A DNA stretch of 63,998 bases, filler included, from Aduncisulcus paluster (Eukaryota): NCBI GenBank assembly GCA_024181965.1. It is 16 parts of 16 records of this genome, joined end to end, with 100 filler letters (N's around TTAATTAATTAA, not from the genome) between each part and the next. Parts side by side here need not be neighbours in the genome. Positions count along the whole stretch, not along the records: positions 1 to 6,900 come from BQXS01000089.1; positions 7,001 to 13,918 come from BQXS01000090.1; 14 more parts are not named here. The stretch is one strand, 5' to 3'. This document shows, in pieces, positions 1-11,400 of the stretch. The notes under the pieces are model-generated. The model had not been told where the DNA came from. It was given only the letters and a program-made list of their open reading frames with translations, and did no database searches. Numbering within the stretch: the first letter of the stretch is position 1; each line of letters starts with the position of its first letter. The translations under genes were made by a program, and so were the position numbers.

Positions 1-222
1 GTACGACGAGAAAAATTGGACATCGGCGCTCAGCCGCCAACAGATTGAACAAGCAACTCTTCAATAGATGAGATTGGAAATTAAAAAAAATACATATAAA
101 CGAATTAAATGCTGGTAAATGATAAAAACATGTTTTATTTTCATTTCCATGCCATGGTGTTTATTCTCGATATCTCAGGCTTTTGGAGAACCCTCAGGAC
201 TGGATATAGTTCCATTTCACGT

Positions 223-492
223 GTTAAGAACATTTATGAACGATTTCAATGCTATTCAATAACATGGATATATTTCCATTTCATTTCTATCCTTATCCTT
301 GCCTTTCTGTTCATTTTCACTTGCTTTTGCTTACAATCAAAAATATCAAGAACTCGGAATATGATGGTATACATGTGTCTGTATACTGCTACGAATCTAA
401 TCCCCTGATGCTTCATGGAACACGACATTTCCCCGTAGTCAAATCCAACTCTAACTCCAACTCCAACTCTAACTCCAATGCCAGCTCCTGAT
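223..492. repeat. Dispersed non-coding repeat (copy 1), ending in (CCAACT/CTAACT)n
   Basis: Near-identical to 54018-54269 on another contig (gttaagaacattta.gaacgatttcaatgctattcaataacatgg...cttcatggaaca.gacatttc), both followed by ccaact repeats. Confidence 0.85.
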
Positions 493-793
493 TATACGAT
501 ACATTTAATCTGAGATTTGTGATCTGTGATCCTTGTCTTTGGAATGTAGGATCCTGGTCAGCCAACACTGACTGAAAGGGAGGCAGAGAATCGCCAACGT
601 GTTGGTGGCCCTTCTGCCATACTGTACTATTTATAATATAAATAAAAAAACTTTCTGTTCATTTTTTACTTCAAGTTGCTTTTGCACTCTGTAGTCATGG
701 TCGGACCACAGTCTGGAGAAAAATGAATTTGGCCAACGTCTTCTGAAAGTGAACAACAGAGAATTAATATTTCTCAAATGTCTCAAAATATCA

Positions 794-3700
794 TCATATC
801 TTCCCACTTTTCACCTTAAAGTATCCAACAATTATTATTTTAACGAGAGCAAGAGCCTCATGCAACTTCAAATTTCTTAACCAAGGCAGATGACGGGTAT
901 GCGTTGTAAGAAGAGCAAGAACGTCAATGGATGATCCAAATTTATCAGTTTTTGGGGAAATTTGAGACGGAGAGTTATCCTTTATCCTTCCTTTCCTTGA
1001 TTCAGAACTTGAACCTTTTGATTGTTTTGATGTCAATTTCATTCCTTTCTCACTTTCGCTATGTTTTGAACCTTTCCCCTTCTTAGAGTGCCCAGAGACA
1101 GACTTACGATCGTCAAATGCGCCAATCCACTCCATTCTCTCGAAGACCTCGATCCACAGTGCTGCCAGACCAAATATAACACCGACATCTCTGTACTCAC
1201 CAAGAGACACAGGGAGAGGAATAGGAGCCAATCTTAGGGCAAGAAGCAGTGAAAGGATTGTGGGATCAAGTGAACATAACAATATTGGAGCTGTCATATG
1301 AGGTGATACCACAACGGAACCTGGGAACCCAGAATGCTTAACATTATCCTTAATTCCTTCATACATGCAAGAGACACCTTCAATGAGAGACTGAGATAAC
1401 ACGAGAGCTCGATCAAGAACAATGGGTGCTGGGAGGGAAGAGAACATTGGATTGTTGGGTTGAATACCGGACTGGGGAATATCTGCCGGAAGTGATTTGT
1501 ACGACTGTGTGTGAGATATTCCAGATAACGATGACAACAGAACAGGCTGGCTATCATCAGATGAGAATGACTCTTCTTCATCGAGTAAATTGGGGGAATT
1601 TACACCTCGGCTATTCACGTGTTGTTGGGGATACGTAAACTCTGACCCGGATCCGTGTGTTCTGCTCGCCTCAGCCTGTCTATCCTCGTGAGGATCTTGG
1701 TCTGGTGGGGGGAACGATGGAAGAGAGTTGAGAGAACGTGCAGATGCAATTCCAGGCGAATGGAGAGGCGTATGGTGGAAAGATTTCCAATCCCCTGAGT
1801 AAAAAGCAGAATATGACGTTTGATTTGAGTGAATTCCAAGGGGAACTGTCTGTGGCGTTGAGAAAGGCTGGAACGGATAATGATATGACAATGAATGTGT
1901 CCTTGGCGTGTACATGTGGTGAGGATCACTAAACTCGCTCTCATGGGAATATGGGGAAGAGACTCGACTCTCCTGTTGCTGGTCTGACGTTGTTCCACTG
2001 ACCATCCCTGATCCCTTTGTAGACTTCATCGTGGGCATCTTCACGCTTTTCCCACTTCCTCCCTTGTTGTTCTCATCTGTCAACATCTTTTCTTCAGACC
2101 AACTGCGCTGGATATCAGCATATTTGGGAGATAGCGTATCTTTGCTGCGATCACTTCGGGCAGAAATGGCCTCGCGATGGGATACATTATCACTGTGTTC
2201 TTTCTCTTCATCAGCAAGGTCAAATGTCACAGATAAGCATGACCCACGACGAACATCACTGACAGCATCACTAAATCGAACGCTCTTTTCCTCATTCTCA
2301 GCATCCACNNNNNNNNNNNNNNNNNNNNGCGCTGGATATCAGCATATTTGGGAGATAGCGTATCTTTGCTGCGATCACTTCGGGCAGAAATGGCCTCGCG
2401 ATGGGATACATTATCACTGTGTTCTTTCTCTTCATCAGCAAGGTCAAATGTCACAGATAAGCATGACCCACGACGAACATCACTGACAGCATCACTAAAT
2501 CGAACGCTCTTTTCCTCATTCTCAGCATCCACTGAACGTTCAACCGTCACAACCATCCCATTGTCTCCGGGATTTTCATCGTTCTGATCTTGACGACCCT
2601 GTTCCAGATCATCTCCATCCTTCTCACGGCCCTGGAAATGGTGACTGCCTGATTCATGATGATCTTCTTCATCGTATCCATGGCATTTCCCTCCAATATC
2701 TTCTTCCTGTTGCTCTTCAATACTGAATCTTGTCTGGACAGGAGTTGGAGTGTATTGATCAAAGAGATCATCCTTCTCGAGCAAGACTGGAGGATCAACT
2801 GTGAGATTCTGGTTCTGATTGTTCTCTCTGGCTTCCTTTGAGATAAGAAGGATATCGTGACCCATGGGCATGTCATCCTCAATGGACGAAGAGATGTGGG
2901 AGGACACAGAGGCGGATAACTCTTCCATTGGGTCAGAACCATCCTCAGAATCATCGAGAGCAAACATCACATTTCTCCTTGAATCATTGACATCACCTGA
3001 CACATGGCCTCGGTCTGCTCCAAGAGCTTCTTTGAAACCCTTCTCTGATTCCTGCCCTAAAGAAGGGCGTTCTTGTCCAGCCTGTTGCTGTTGGATATCT
3101 TTGCGACCCTTCATGGTTCGTACACCATCGATACATATATGCTGGAAAGCAGAGGAACTTTTCTTCTCGTCGTATCCATCGTGATCGTCATATTCTGATG
3201 AGAATGTTGTGCTTCTTGTTTTCACGGAGTGAGGACTATCAAGATCACCTTCTTCCTCACTCACACTGACAAGCATGGCATTCTTACCAATATCACTCGC
3301 AGTGATAACATTATTACTGCTTCCAGGAGTGAGAATAGCCACTGTACGACCCTGCTGAGGGTTAGGACGAACAACAGGGATGGGAGGGAGACTACCAGGC
3401 GACGACATGTCCATTTGTGATGCACGCCCAAACATATTTTGATCACGGTCTTGCTCTCGGAACCGTATCCGTTCCTCCTCTCTTGCGTCCAGTTCCCTCT
3501 TTCTCTCCTCTTCATGTGCGTCAATGTCGTGTGATCCGAGTTGATGCCTTTCATCTTCTTCATCCTGACCATCAATGTCCTCAACTGGACCAAAACTTAC
3601 ACTTTTCCTCTTGGACCCCTCACTACCATCACCACTAAATCTTCTTCCTCCGTCTTGAGGTTTTGGAGGAATCCCAGTCAAGGAACCAAAGGGGGAACCT

Positions 3701-6078
3701 TTAACAGAACCCTTATCAACAGTCCCATCAACTCCTTGCTGAGCATGAGGCTTGTCAAAGCGTTGAATATTACCCCACGAGGGCTGTGATTCAAAGCTCA
3801 TGGACCTCGACTGTGGACGAGTCATATATTGTGATTTTATAGAGAGCTCTTGAGAACGGTAAGTTATGTTATTCGGTGGTACAGAAGATGAAATCGGATT
3901 CCGAAGTGCTGATGAATCAACAGAGGCAGAAACTCCTCCATATCCAGTACCAGCCAAGCTGTGGTGTGGGTGGAAAGGATTAGGTCCAGGAGTCGATGAT
4001 ATTGTCCCATCTTTCAGAGTAAATTGATATTCATCGCCTCCAGAGGAACTCGAACTATGGTGATGTTCTTTTGAATGATCAAGGGGATGTGATTCCCCAG
4101 GTGTTCCTCGATATTTGGGAGATGGCCCAATCCTAGTAACAGATATGGAGTCGTTATCCTCGGATTTCCTTCGAAAGGGAATCGGAGAATGACCACGGAG
4201 GATGACTTTCAAAAAGGGAACTCCAGAGGAACTCGAACTCTCCTGATCTTTATCTTCATCCAGATCTTGCTCTTGAAGCTTCTTGGCATGTCCGGATGAA
4301 GAAGAATGGCCAGGAACGATAGGATGTTGTTTTCGTTTTGTCGCCTTTTCTGATGAACTCAAAACATGAACTTCTTTCCTCACCCTTTCATTGCTACCAG
4401 TGACTGAATTGGATGCAACAAGAGAACGGTGTGATTCGTGAGATTTTGCAAAGGATGAACTCTCAGTCATCTTAGACTCTTGCTGAAGCTGTTTCTCTCG
4501 CTCACTTTCGAGTTTCATTTTCTTCAAGAGCTTGGCATCTCGTTGCTCCTTCATTTCAACAATTTGTTCTTTGGGGGTACTTGTTTTGACAATTGAATCT
4601 GTTGGATTCACTGGAGGTTCTGGATTCTTAATATTGTCTTCACTGACAACCCTTTTATCACTATACCCTATACTAATTGTGTGTTTTTTCTCAGTATTTA
4701 TCTTACTTTTACGTGCAGATGATGACTTACGCTCAAAGGAGAAGGCAGAACCCTGGACAGGATCATGGGAACACACGCCTCCACTCAACAGCCATCTCTG
4801 AAGCCTCAGATGGAGTGGAAGCATACTAAGAATAGTGGCGGTGAAAGGAGCGTGGGGGAATTGGGACACAAAGCTCTGGGGAGCCAAGGAATGAGCGGAG
4901 GAAAGGAGAGACTGGGAAGAATATCTACGGTGTAATTCAGCCTCTGAAGTGGCCGATAAAGGTTCCATTGGAGTGCTTGTGGATGATATTTTGCCCCGTT
5001 TCTTCCCTTTACGAAACAAATGAGACCCTGAACCACTCTGACTAAATCCATTCGATCCAATGGTGTCTGTTCTTCGCCCTACAGGATCGATATTATCGAG
5101 ATATTCACTGTGTGAAGGCTTGGGAATATCTGTGGCAGCCTTATCTGATGTTTCATGTGTGGAAGAACGGACAGACAGTAGCTCAGAGTGTTTAATCCTT
5201 TGGGCATCTTGAATAGCAAGTTTGAAGCCTGGATCTGGGATAATAGGATTAGTATTCTCACTTACAGGGCGAGATTCCATATTTGGAGGCTTTTTTTGGG
5301 CTCCAGTAGAAACAACATGAGGTGAAACGATTAAAGGCTCCTTTGGTTTCTTCTTTTGGAGTTTACCGGCCTTAATTTCACCTTTATAGACCAATAATGA
5401 ACTGGAAGAAGAAGAATGGAGACGTTTAATGGAGGGAGATTTAGTTTGGCGTTTTGGTTTCAAAGAATGTGTCTTTTTCTTACGTTTTTTCATTGGAACC
5501 ATCATAGAAGATGTTGTTAATTTAACATGTTTGGATGGATTCGAAACAAGAGCAGAGTCTGAAGTGAAAATTCGCCTAGGAGATACATAAGTTGTATTGC
5601 TGGTATTACTATGATTATGGATTTTAGAAGAATCTTTAGGTGTTTCTGCTGGGTCTTGAGGTTTAGATGGTTGAAAAACAGCAGCGATTACACGCATAAA
5701 ATTAATATAACACTTATGAGAACAAAATAACAGAGACGGCAAAGAATATGAGAGTCTTTTCTCTTTTTTAGCTGCACTAATAAGTTTGTGAGGTATTGTT
5801 GTTTCTAAAACGAAGCGACAAGAAGGATTAGCACACAAAGATAGCTCAGCACGAGCATGACATGCTTTTACGACATTTGAGAGTGTAGTTTTTGAGCACT
5901 AATAGTAAAGCAAAAAATAAAACGTCAAAAGTAAGAGAATTTATGAAAATAGTTGAGGGAGGGATGAAAAGCATTTTCCCTCCTTCTAAAGAGATAGAAA
6001 GCAAAATAAACAGTAATTGTTACATACAACAATGGCTATATCCTCTTTATCAACTCCTTCAATAAGTTGTTCTTGCAT
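794..6078 (-). CDS. Large protein with N-terminal Rtr1/RPAP2-like Zn-binding domain and long low-complexity tail; exons 6078-6028 and 5898-794 (spans gap 2309-2328 with duplicated flanks)
   Basis: ATG 6078 plus phase-0 GTATGT...TAG intron joins in frame to ORF 2227..5838. Motif RAELSLCANPSC...LFCSHKC resembles RPAP2 ER..CGYPLC...FCS..C. ORF 794..2308 overlaps the duplicated flank. Confidence 0.65.
5899..6027 (-). other. Spliceosomal intron (129 nt, GTATGT...TAG)
   Basis: Canonical donor, T-rich acceptor TTTTTTGCTTTACTATTAG; removal restores the reading frame to an upstream ATG. Confidence 0.8.
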
Positions 6079-6433
6079 TTGTTATTCAAATGATCGAAAA
6101 TAAAAATGAGCTCCCTCGATGAGGTATAACGTGTTCATGCAAATTAAACTAATAAAAATATCGTTAATGGGCAATTTCAAAAAATAATTTACCTTCTCTT
6201 TTATGTGAATTTTACATTCGTTTGGGGGCCATTTTTGGCTTGATCAGAGACCCTTGATTAGGTTATAAAGGATGAAAATTGACACATGATAAACCATTAA
6301 TTGGATATCAAATACATGAAATGATAAAAAATTTACTTAAAATAAACAATTAACAGATAGAATTATTACTTTTTCTTAAATTTCTTCCCACGAGAACTCT
6401 TCTTCTTCCTTGGCTTCTTACCGTTGATTTTCT

Positions 6434-6900
6434 TCAATGGGGTCCCTCTTTTTTTGGGGTGTCTTGATCTTTTTTTCCCTCGAGAACTTTTTTTTTTGGA
6501 GTTCTGGGGGAACTAATATCATCAGTAGGTTGTTTCTCAATACTACAACTATTTTTAGATTCAGGAGATTTACAACTTGCTTGGAGCACCGTAGCTTGTT
6601 CTTCTGCCGGCCTCTTGCTCTCTAAACCGTCATCTTTGGCACCCATTTTTCTCTCCACCTCCTCATGATTGCCGGAAAAATGTTCGTCGAGTGGGTGAGG
6701 TAATTGATCTAGCATAATATCTTGACTTTCTTGATCTTCCTCCTCCTCTTCTTCCCTGAATGTGTCAACAAAACATCTCCTACGGCCTTCCCATACACTC
6801 TTAACAAGATCAGACACCACTTCGATCAAACAGGCATTAAACTGTTCATTCCGAAGCCTTTCAACAGTCTCTTCTTCACCTTCTTCACCTTCTTCACCTT
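6434..6900 (-). CDS. C-terminal fragment of hypothetical protein (5' truncated by contig end)
   Basis: Open frame from the spacer to stop; E/K-rich protein-like composition. Confidence 0.5.
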
Positions 6901-7000
6901 NNNNNNNNNNNNNNNNNNNNNNNNNNNNNNNNNNNNNNNNNNNNTTAATTAATTAANNNNNNNNNNNNNNNNNNNNNNNNNNNNNNNNNNNNNNNNNNNN
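6901..7000. other. Artificial contig spacer N-TTAATTAATTAA-N. Also at about 13919, 16076, 18690, 27262, 29671, 34577, 36687, 39169, 43235, 53918, 56259, 58420, 60540, 62845
   Basis: Identical 12-mer with stops in all six frames, flanked by N runs. Confidence 0.98.
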
Positions 7001-7490
7001 ACTGTAGAGAGAAATTTCGCTTCATAAGTTGTACAGTCGTATCCTTTCCTTCATACTCTTTTGTGACCTTCATGCATTTCAGAGCACACAAGATAGAAGG
7101 TGAAGATGACTCAGGATAATCAATACGAGCAAGGATAACATCACCAAATCCACCACTTCCAATGATACAAAGTGGAGTTATGTCAGAATCAGATGTCAAA
7201 ATCTGAGGATTGGGAGTAATAGTCAAGGCTGCTGCTATATCTTTAAACTCCCTCATTTTCATCTCTTCCTCCAGTTTCCTTCTTCTTTCTGTTTCCGTCT
7301 TTTCGAGTTTTTCTCTCTTCCTCTTCTTTTCCTCCAATTTCCTTCTTTCAACTTCTTGCTTTTCAGGTTCTTCCTCTGAACGACTCAAACCATCACCCCA
7401 TCCTTTTGGAAGCACAACACTTGGAATTGAACCAATGATCGAATCCTCATCTTCTTCACCTTCAACAATACACCCAGATTGGAATCGAAT
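7001..7490 (-). CDS. Linker plus N-lobe of a second Ser/Thr kinase domain (truncated), probably the continuation of the upstream kinase across a frameshift
   Basis: IGSGGFGDVILA...CALKCM Gly-loop and VAIK-equivalent in ORF 6945..7532. Confidence 0.7.
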
Positions 7491-8769
7491 CTTCATCAAC
7501 AATGCTTCCAGTATCACCTTTATGCTTGGCAAGCTGAGCCTTCACAATATCATCAATGGATGGACATTTCCACCCTTCTCCAATCTTTGGAAGTAAACGT
7601 TTGATGGACTGAACTTTCTCACAGGCTTTCTGAACACTCATACGTTCATCGATATCCAGCTTTGTCAATCCTTGGAATATTTCATTCAAACAGGAATAAA
7701 CAGGCCTGAACTTACCACCTTCGATGGTCTTGAGGGTCCTGAAAAGACGAGAGTTGGAAAGTTTTGGGATCTTCTTTTCACTGATAAGCTTCATAAGAAT
7801 ATCGATGAATTCATACCTATCCGTGACTCCCCGGAAAATAGGCATTTGAAGAAAAGGGTCCTGTCCTTTGAACATGGCAAGGATTGTCAGACCGAGTGAG
7901 TAAGCATCGTTCTCTTGGCTCGGATCTCCTTCAAGAGCTTCATAGGACATGTACACAAGGGTTCCACGGATGGAGCGTTTGGGTTTGGATTTGTGTTTAT
8001 CTTCTGTAGTTTCAGACTTGGATAAATCAACAAAGGTCTTGGAAGTCGTGGAAGAGGAGATGGAGTCTTGGATCTGAGCAAGACCAAGATCAGAGAGGAC
8101 AATGGTGCAATCGATTGTCTTGGGTTCAACACGAACAAGAAAGTTGCCAGGCTTAATATCTCGGTGAAAAAGGTGAGGCTTGGCAGTGAACACCTCAGAC
8201 AGACACTCAATCATTCCAACACACAATGCACTCACTCTCAGAGGATCAAGAGTCATGGGGTTAATGCGAGTGGAGCTTGAGTCAGAGTCAGAGTCAGAGT
8301 CAGAGCTTGAGTCTTCAGATAAAGAGTCAGAGTCAGAGCTTGAGTCTTCAGATGAGGAGTCAGAGTCAGAGTCAGAGTCAGAGCTTGAGTCAGAATCGGA
8401 ACTTGAAGAGACACACCAACTCTTGGCAAACTCTTTCACACTGCCCCCGATACAAAACTCCATGCAAAACCCATACACCCCTTTATAATCCTCATCAAGA
8501 AGATCAAGGATGAATGTTGGACGAGGAATACGGTTGAAACATCTGGCGTTCGTAAAGAGCTTCATTTGGATCTTAAACTCCGAACGGCATGCTTCGATAA
8601 CTTTCTTGTCACCTACTTTAAGCAATTTCTTCAGAACACACGGTTGAGAAACACCCTTAATTTTTACAATGTAGATGGATCCGAATCCACCTTCTCCAAT
8701 GTAGCAGAGGGATTCCAAATCAGATTCAGAAATGAGAGTTTTATCATCTTTTTTGCGATGATGTCCCAT
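7462..8769 (-). CDS. Ser/Thr protein kinase of an expanded lineage-specific family
   Basis: IGEGGFG, VLKK, HRDIKPGN, DLG, GTLVY..E, DAYSLG motifs; SD-rich insert. Confidence 0.92.
   Translation of the reverse strand: MGHHRKKDDKTLISESDLESLCYIGEGGFGSIYIVKIKGVSQPCVLKKLLKVGDKKVIEACRSEFKIQMKLFTNARCFNRIPRPTFILDLLDEDYKGVYGFCMEFCIGGSVKEFAKSWCVSSSSDSDSSSDSDSDSDSSSEDSSSDSDSLSEDSSSDSDSDSDSSSTRINPMTLDPLRVSALCVGMIECLSEVFTAKPHLFHRDIKPGNFLVRVEPKTIDCTIVLSDLGLAQIQDSISSSTTSKTFVDLSKSETTEDKHKSKPKRSIRGTLVYMSYEALEGDPSQENDAYSLGLTILAMFKGQDPFLQMPIFRGVTDRYEFIDILMKLISEKKIPKLSNSRLFRTLKTIEGGKFRPVYSCLNEIFQGLTKLDIDERMSVQKACEKVQSIKRLLPKIGEGWKCPSIDDIVKAQLAKHKGDTGSIVDEDSIPIWVYC
8272..8407. repeat. (GAGTCA)n compound tandem repeat encoding the Ser-Asp insert within the kinase
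   Basis: Direct inspection of the sequence. Confidence 0.9.
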
Positions 8770-9519
8770 GATACGTGTCAAAACTCTGGATCCTCCAAAT
8801 TCGTCGTGTTACTTTCCATTTACTCGCAAATTTCAAATTATTCCATCATCAAGTAATAATTTATTTGGGAATATAAATTCATTCTTTCATACATATTCTC
8901 AAATTCCGATATAGACAGCCATTTTCGCTAATCTCCAAGTTAGAACATGATTTTATCAACTGAAAAATCGAAAATGATTATTGTATAAATTATTATGATC
9001 CCGATTAACGATTCCATGCACCAGCTTCACTTCATTGGTGAAAGCCATCTTCCAAAGTCCAATTTGAGGCAAATATTAGCGACAAGATCCTTTCATGTTC
9101 CATGAAACATTCATTAGGCATGCCATGAAACAAAGAACTGCGATGAAAATAATCTTTATCTTGCTGGAATGCACCTTTGTTATGATGAGATCGTAACCCA
9201 CTTTTAGATGCTCTCTATTCCACGATTATGCTTGTCACAATATTTTCTAATAATATATTCGATGATATATATCCTTTTAATTTATATTCTATATTCTTCA
9301 ACGGTATTGGTTCTCTAAAACCGATTACAAACCGATTATCGCTGAAATTTATTCCATACAATTCACATTCGATTATATATCAACACATCTACATATCAAT
9401 TCATCACTTGAAAGTGAAACAACAAGGAAAAAATGTGGTGAAGTGAAGTGAGATGATAAGCGAAGACTCGAGAAGCTGAAGAGATAACTCTGTTTTATTT
9501 CCATGTCCAATCATCTTGG

Positions 9520-9918
9520 TCAGCTATAGTAGGCATCTAAGACCTGGGCCATATGCACCAATGAACGAGATAAATGTGTCAATCCAGCATTTTGACATAT
9601 GATAGAATTACGAGCAGCACATAATGCACTAGCTCTTGCCAGCGATTGCAGAGCTACAATGTCACATTTATATATCCTTCCAATACTCCACAGTAAAGAA
9701 TCTATTGGCTTGCTATCATATTTAACTGTTTCTGACATTATCATGCAAGATGAACCAGATGCCAGACCTCGTCGTCTGCATTTCCATTGCTGGACTTGAG
9801 CTTGAAAACCATCGACGAGATCAGCAACAAGAAGAGCATTGAAGGCCACCAAGAGTGCATATTCTTTCTTAGGGTCTTGCTCATGTGTATTAGATATTTG
9901 AGTCTGTCTTTTGTCCAT
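9520..9918 (-). CDS. Hypothetical protein (~132 aa)
   Basis: ATG-initiated ORF, higher GC than flanks; no recognised motif. Confidence 0.5.
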   Translation of the reverse strand: MDKRQTQISNTHEQDPKKEYALLVAFNALLVADLVDGFQAQVQQWKCRRRGLASGSSCMIMSETVKYDSKPIDSLLWSIGRIYKCDIVALQSLARASALCAARNSIICQNAGLTHLSRSLVHMAQVLDAYYS

Positions 9919-10077
9919 AATAAACTGAGTATAGTAAACCATGTCTGTGTTAAATTTGATCTAATTATTTACAATTTTTTTTTGTCGCAAGTTTATCTCT
10001 AAAGTTTAGAGTCTAAACCATGCCAAGACAAGAGAGAGGGAGAGATGATATTCGAAGTTTTTTCTTTTTTTTTTAGA

Positions 10078-11400
10078 TTAGATTATAGTTTTTTCAAGAT
10101 TGTTTTTATAGACAAAAGTCTTCAAATTCAGAACGATCTTCAGAAGATCTCGGAGATGGACTCCTAAATATAGAATCTTTCTCAACAACAACGGTTCGAG
10201 GACGTGGTTTTGGATATTTTTTCTCACCTTCAATAATTTTTTTTGGCTTTGCCTCCAGTCTTTTCCCGCGAGAGTAATACTCATGAAATAAGTCAAAAAA
10301 GTTAATTTTTGATTTGGAATCCGAACAAGAAGAAACTATTTCATTCAAATTCTTCCAAACATCTNNNNNNNNNNNNNNNNNNNNAAGATTGTTTTTATAG
10401 ACAAAAGTCTTCAAATTCAGAACGATCTTCAGAAGATCTCGGAGATGGACTCCTAAATATAGAATCTTTCTCAACAACAACGGTTCGAGGACGTGGTTTT
10501 GGATATTTTTTCTCACCTTCAATAATTTTTTTTGGCTTTGCCTCCAGTCTTTTCCCGCGAGAGTAATACTCATGAAATAAGTCAAAAAAGTTAATTTTTG
10601 ATTTGGAATCCGAACAAGAAGAAACTATTTCATTCAAATTCTTCCAAACATCTATAACAGAATCACCAGCAAGATCTTTGGAAATGCTTTTCCAATTCTC
10701 TTGGATTATGGACATATGATATGGCGAGAGAATTAGTTGGAATTGAGGTTTATATTTCAATTCAATCTCATCAAACTCAGCTTCAATGCCTTTAATATAA
10801 TGAACGAGACGAATAGCACACATTTGAATAATCCCTTTCACAGTGTAATCACCATTTGAGGTTCCACAACCCCATAATCCACTCAATATAGGGCGTGCCA
10901 GAAGAGCGGATATGCTTGGCCTTTCTTCAAACGGGGAAACTGGAGGCACTTGACCTAATAAGGGCACCCAAGAAATTTTTGATAATAATCCCTTTTTATG
11001 TTTTGTAAACACATTGTTAATGGATATTGGGAATTGGAATAAAGCATCTTTTGGAGCTCTTGATGAAACACAATCCAGTGCTTTCAAAGGAGAACTTGGA
11101 TTAAGTTTGAGGCAAGATTTAGCTCCAAATGGAAGCCAGAGATATTCTGGTTTGTAACTCTTCTTATCGGCATCTGTAATACATTTCAACATTGTCTCAA
11201 TGAAGGGCATCGAAGGAGGTAAAAATGCAGCAAGGGCTTTAGCAAGTTCCCTTGTAAAATTTTTAATTTTAATTTGCTGTGTCAAACAATTACCAGAGTG
11301 TTTATCGTATGGTAAAGCATCGACAATACACGTAACATAAGGGAAGACTCCAATATGACGAGTTGTCGACTCGGAGGAACTATCAAAAGTCAGTCGGAAC
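10078..11400 (-). CDS. Hypothetical helical domain; probable C-terminal continuation of the upstream kinase gene after a frameshift near 11390 (3' end spans duplicated gap 10365-10384)
   Basis: Frame of ORF 10395..11285 stays open upstream past the kinase ORF stop and has no ATG of its own. Confidence 0.55.

Noticed and set aside
109-491. Short ORFs 109..408 and 249..491
   Set aside because: They lie in a dispersed AT-rich repeat and have no protein-like motifs
630-810. Open +1 frame just past the stop of the RPAP2-like gene
   Set aside because: Short, with no motif or homology support; may be chance
2107-2531. Direct repeats around 20-N gaps (also near 10375, 20455, 25340, 31450, 41145)
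   Set aside because: Exact overlaps of contig ends left unmerged by scaffolding, not LTRs or tandem duplications
6945-6956. Recurrent TTAATTAATTAA palindrome
   Set aside because: Artificial contig-joining spacer within N runs; neighbouring contigs are not physically linked
8272-8407. Regular short repeats suggestive of a CRISPR or telomere array
   Set aside because: No unique spacers; it is a coding Ser-Asp microsatellite within a kinase
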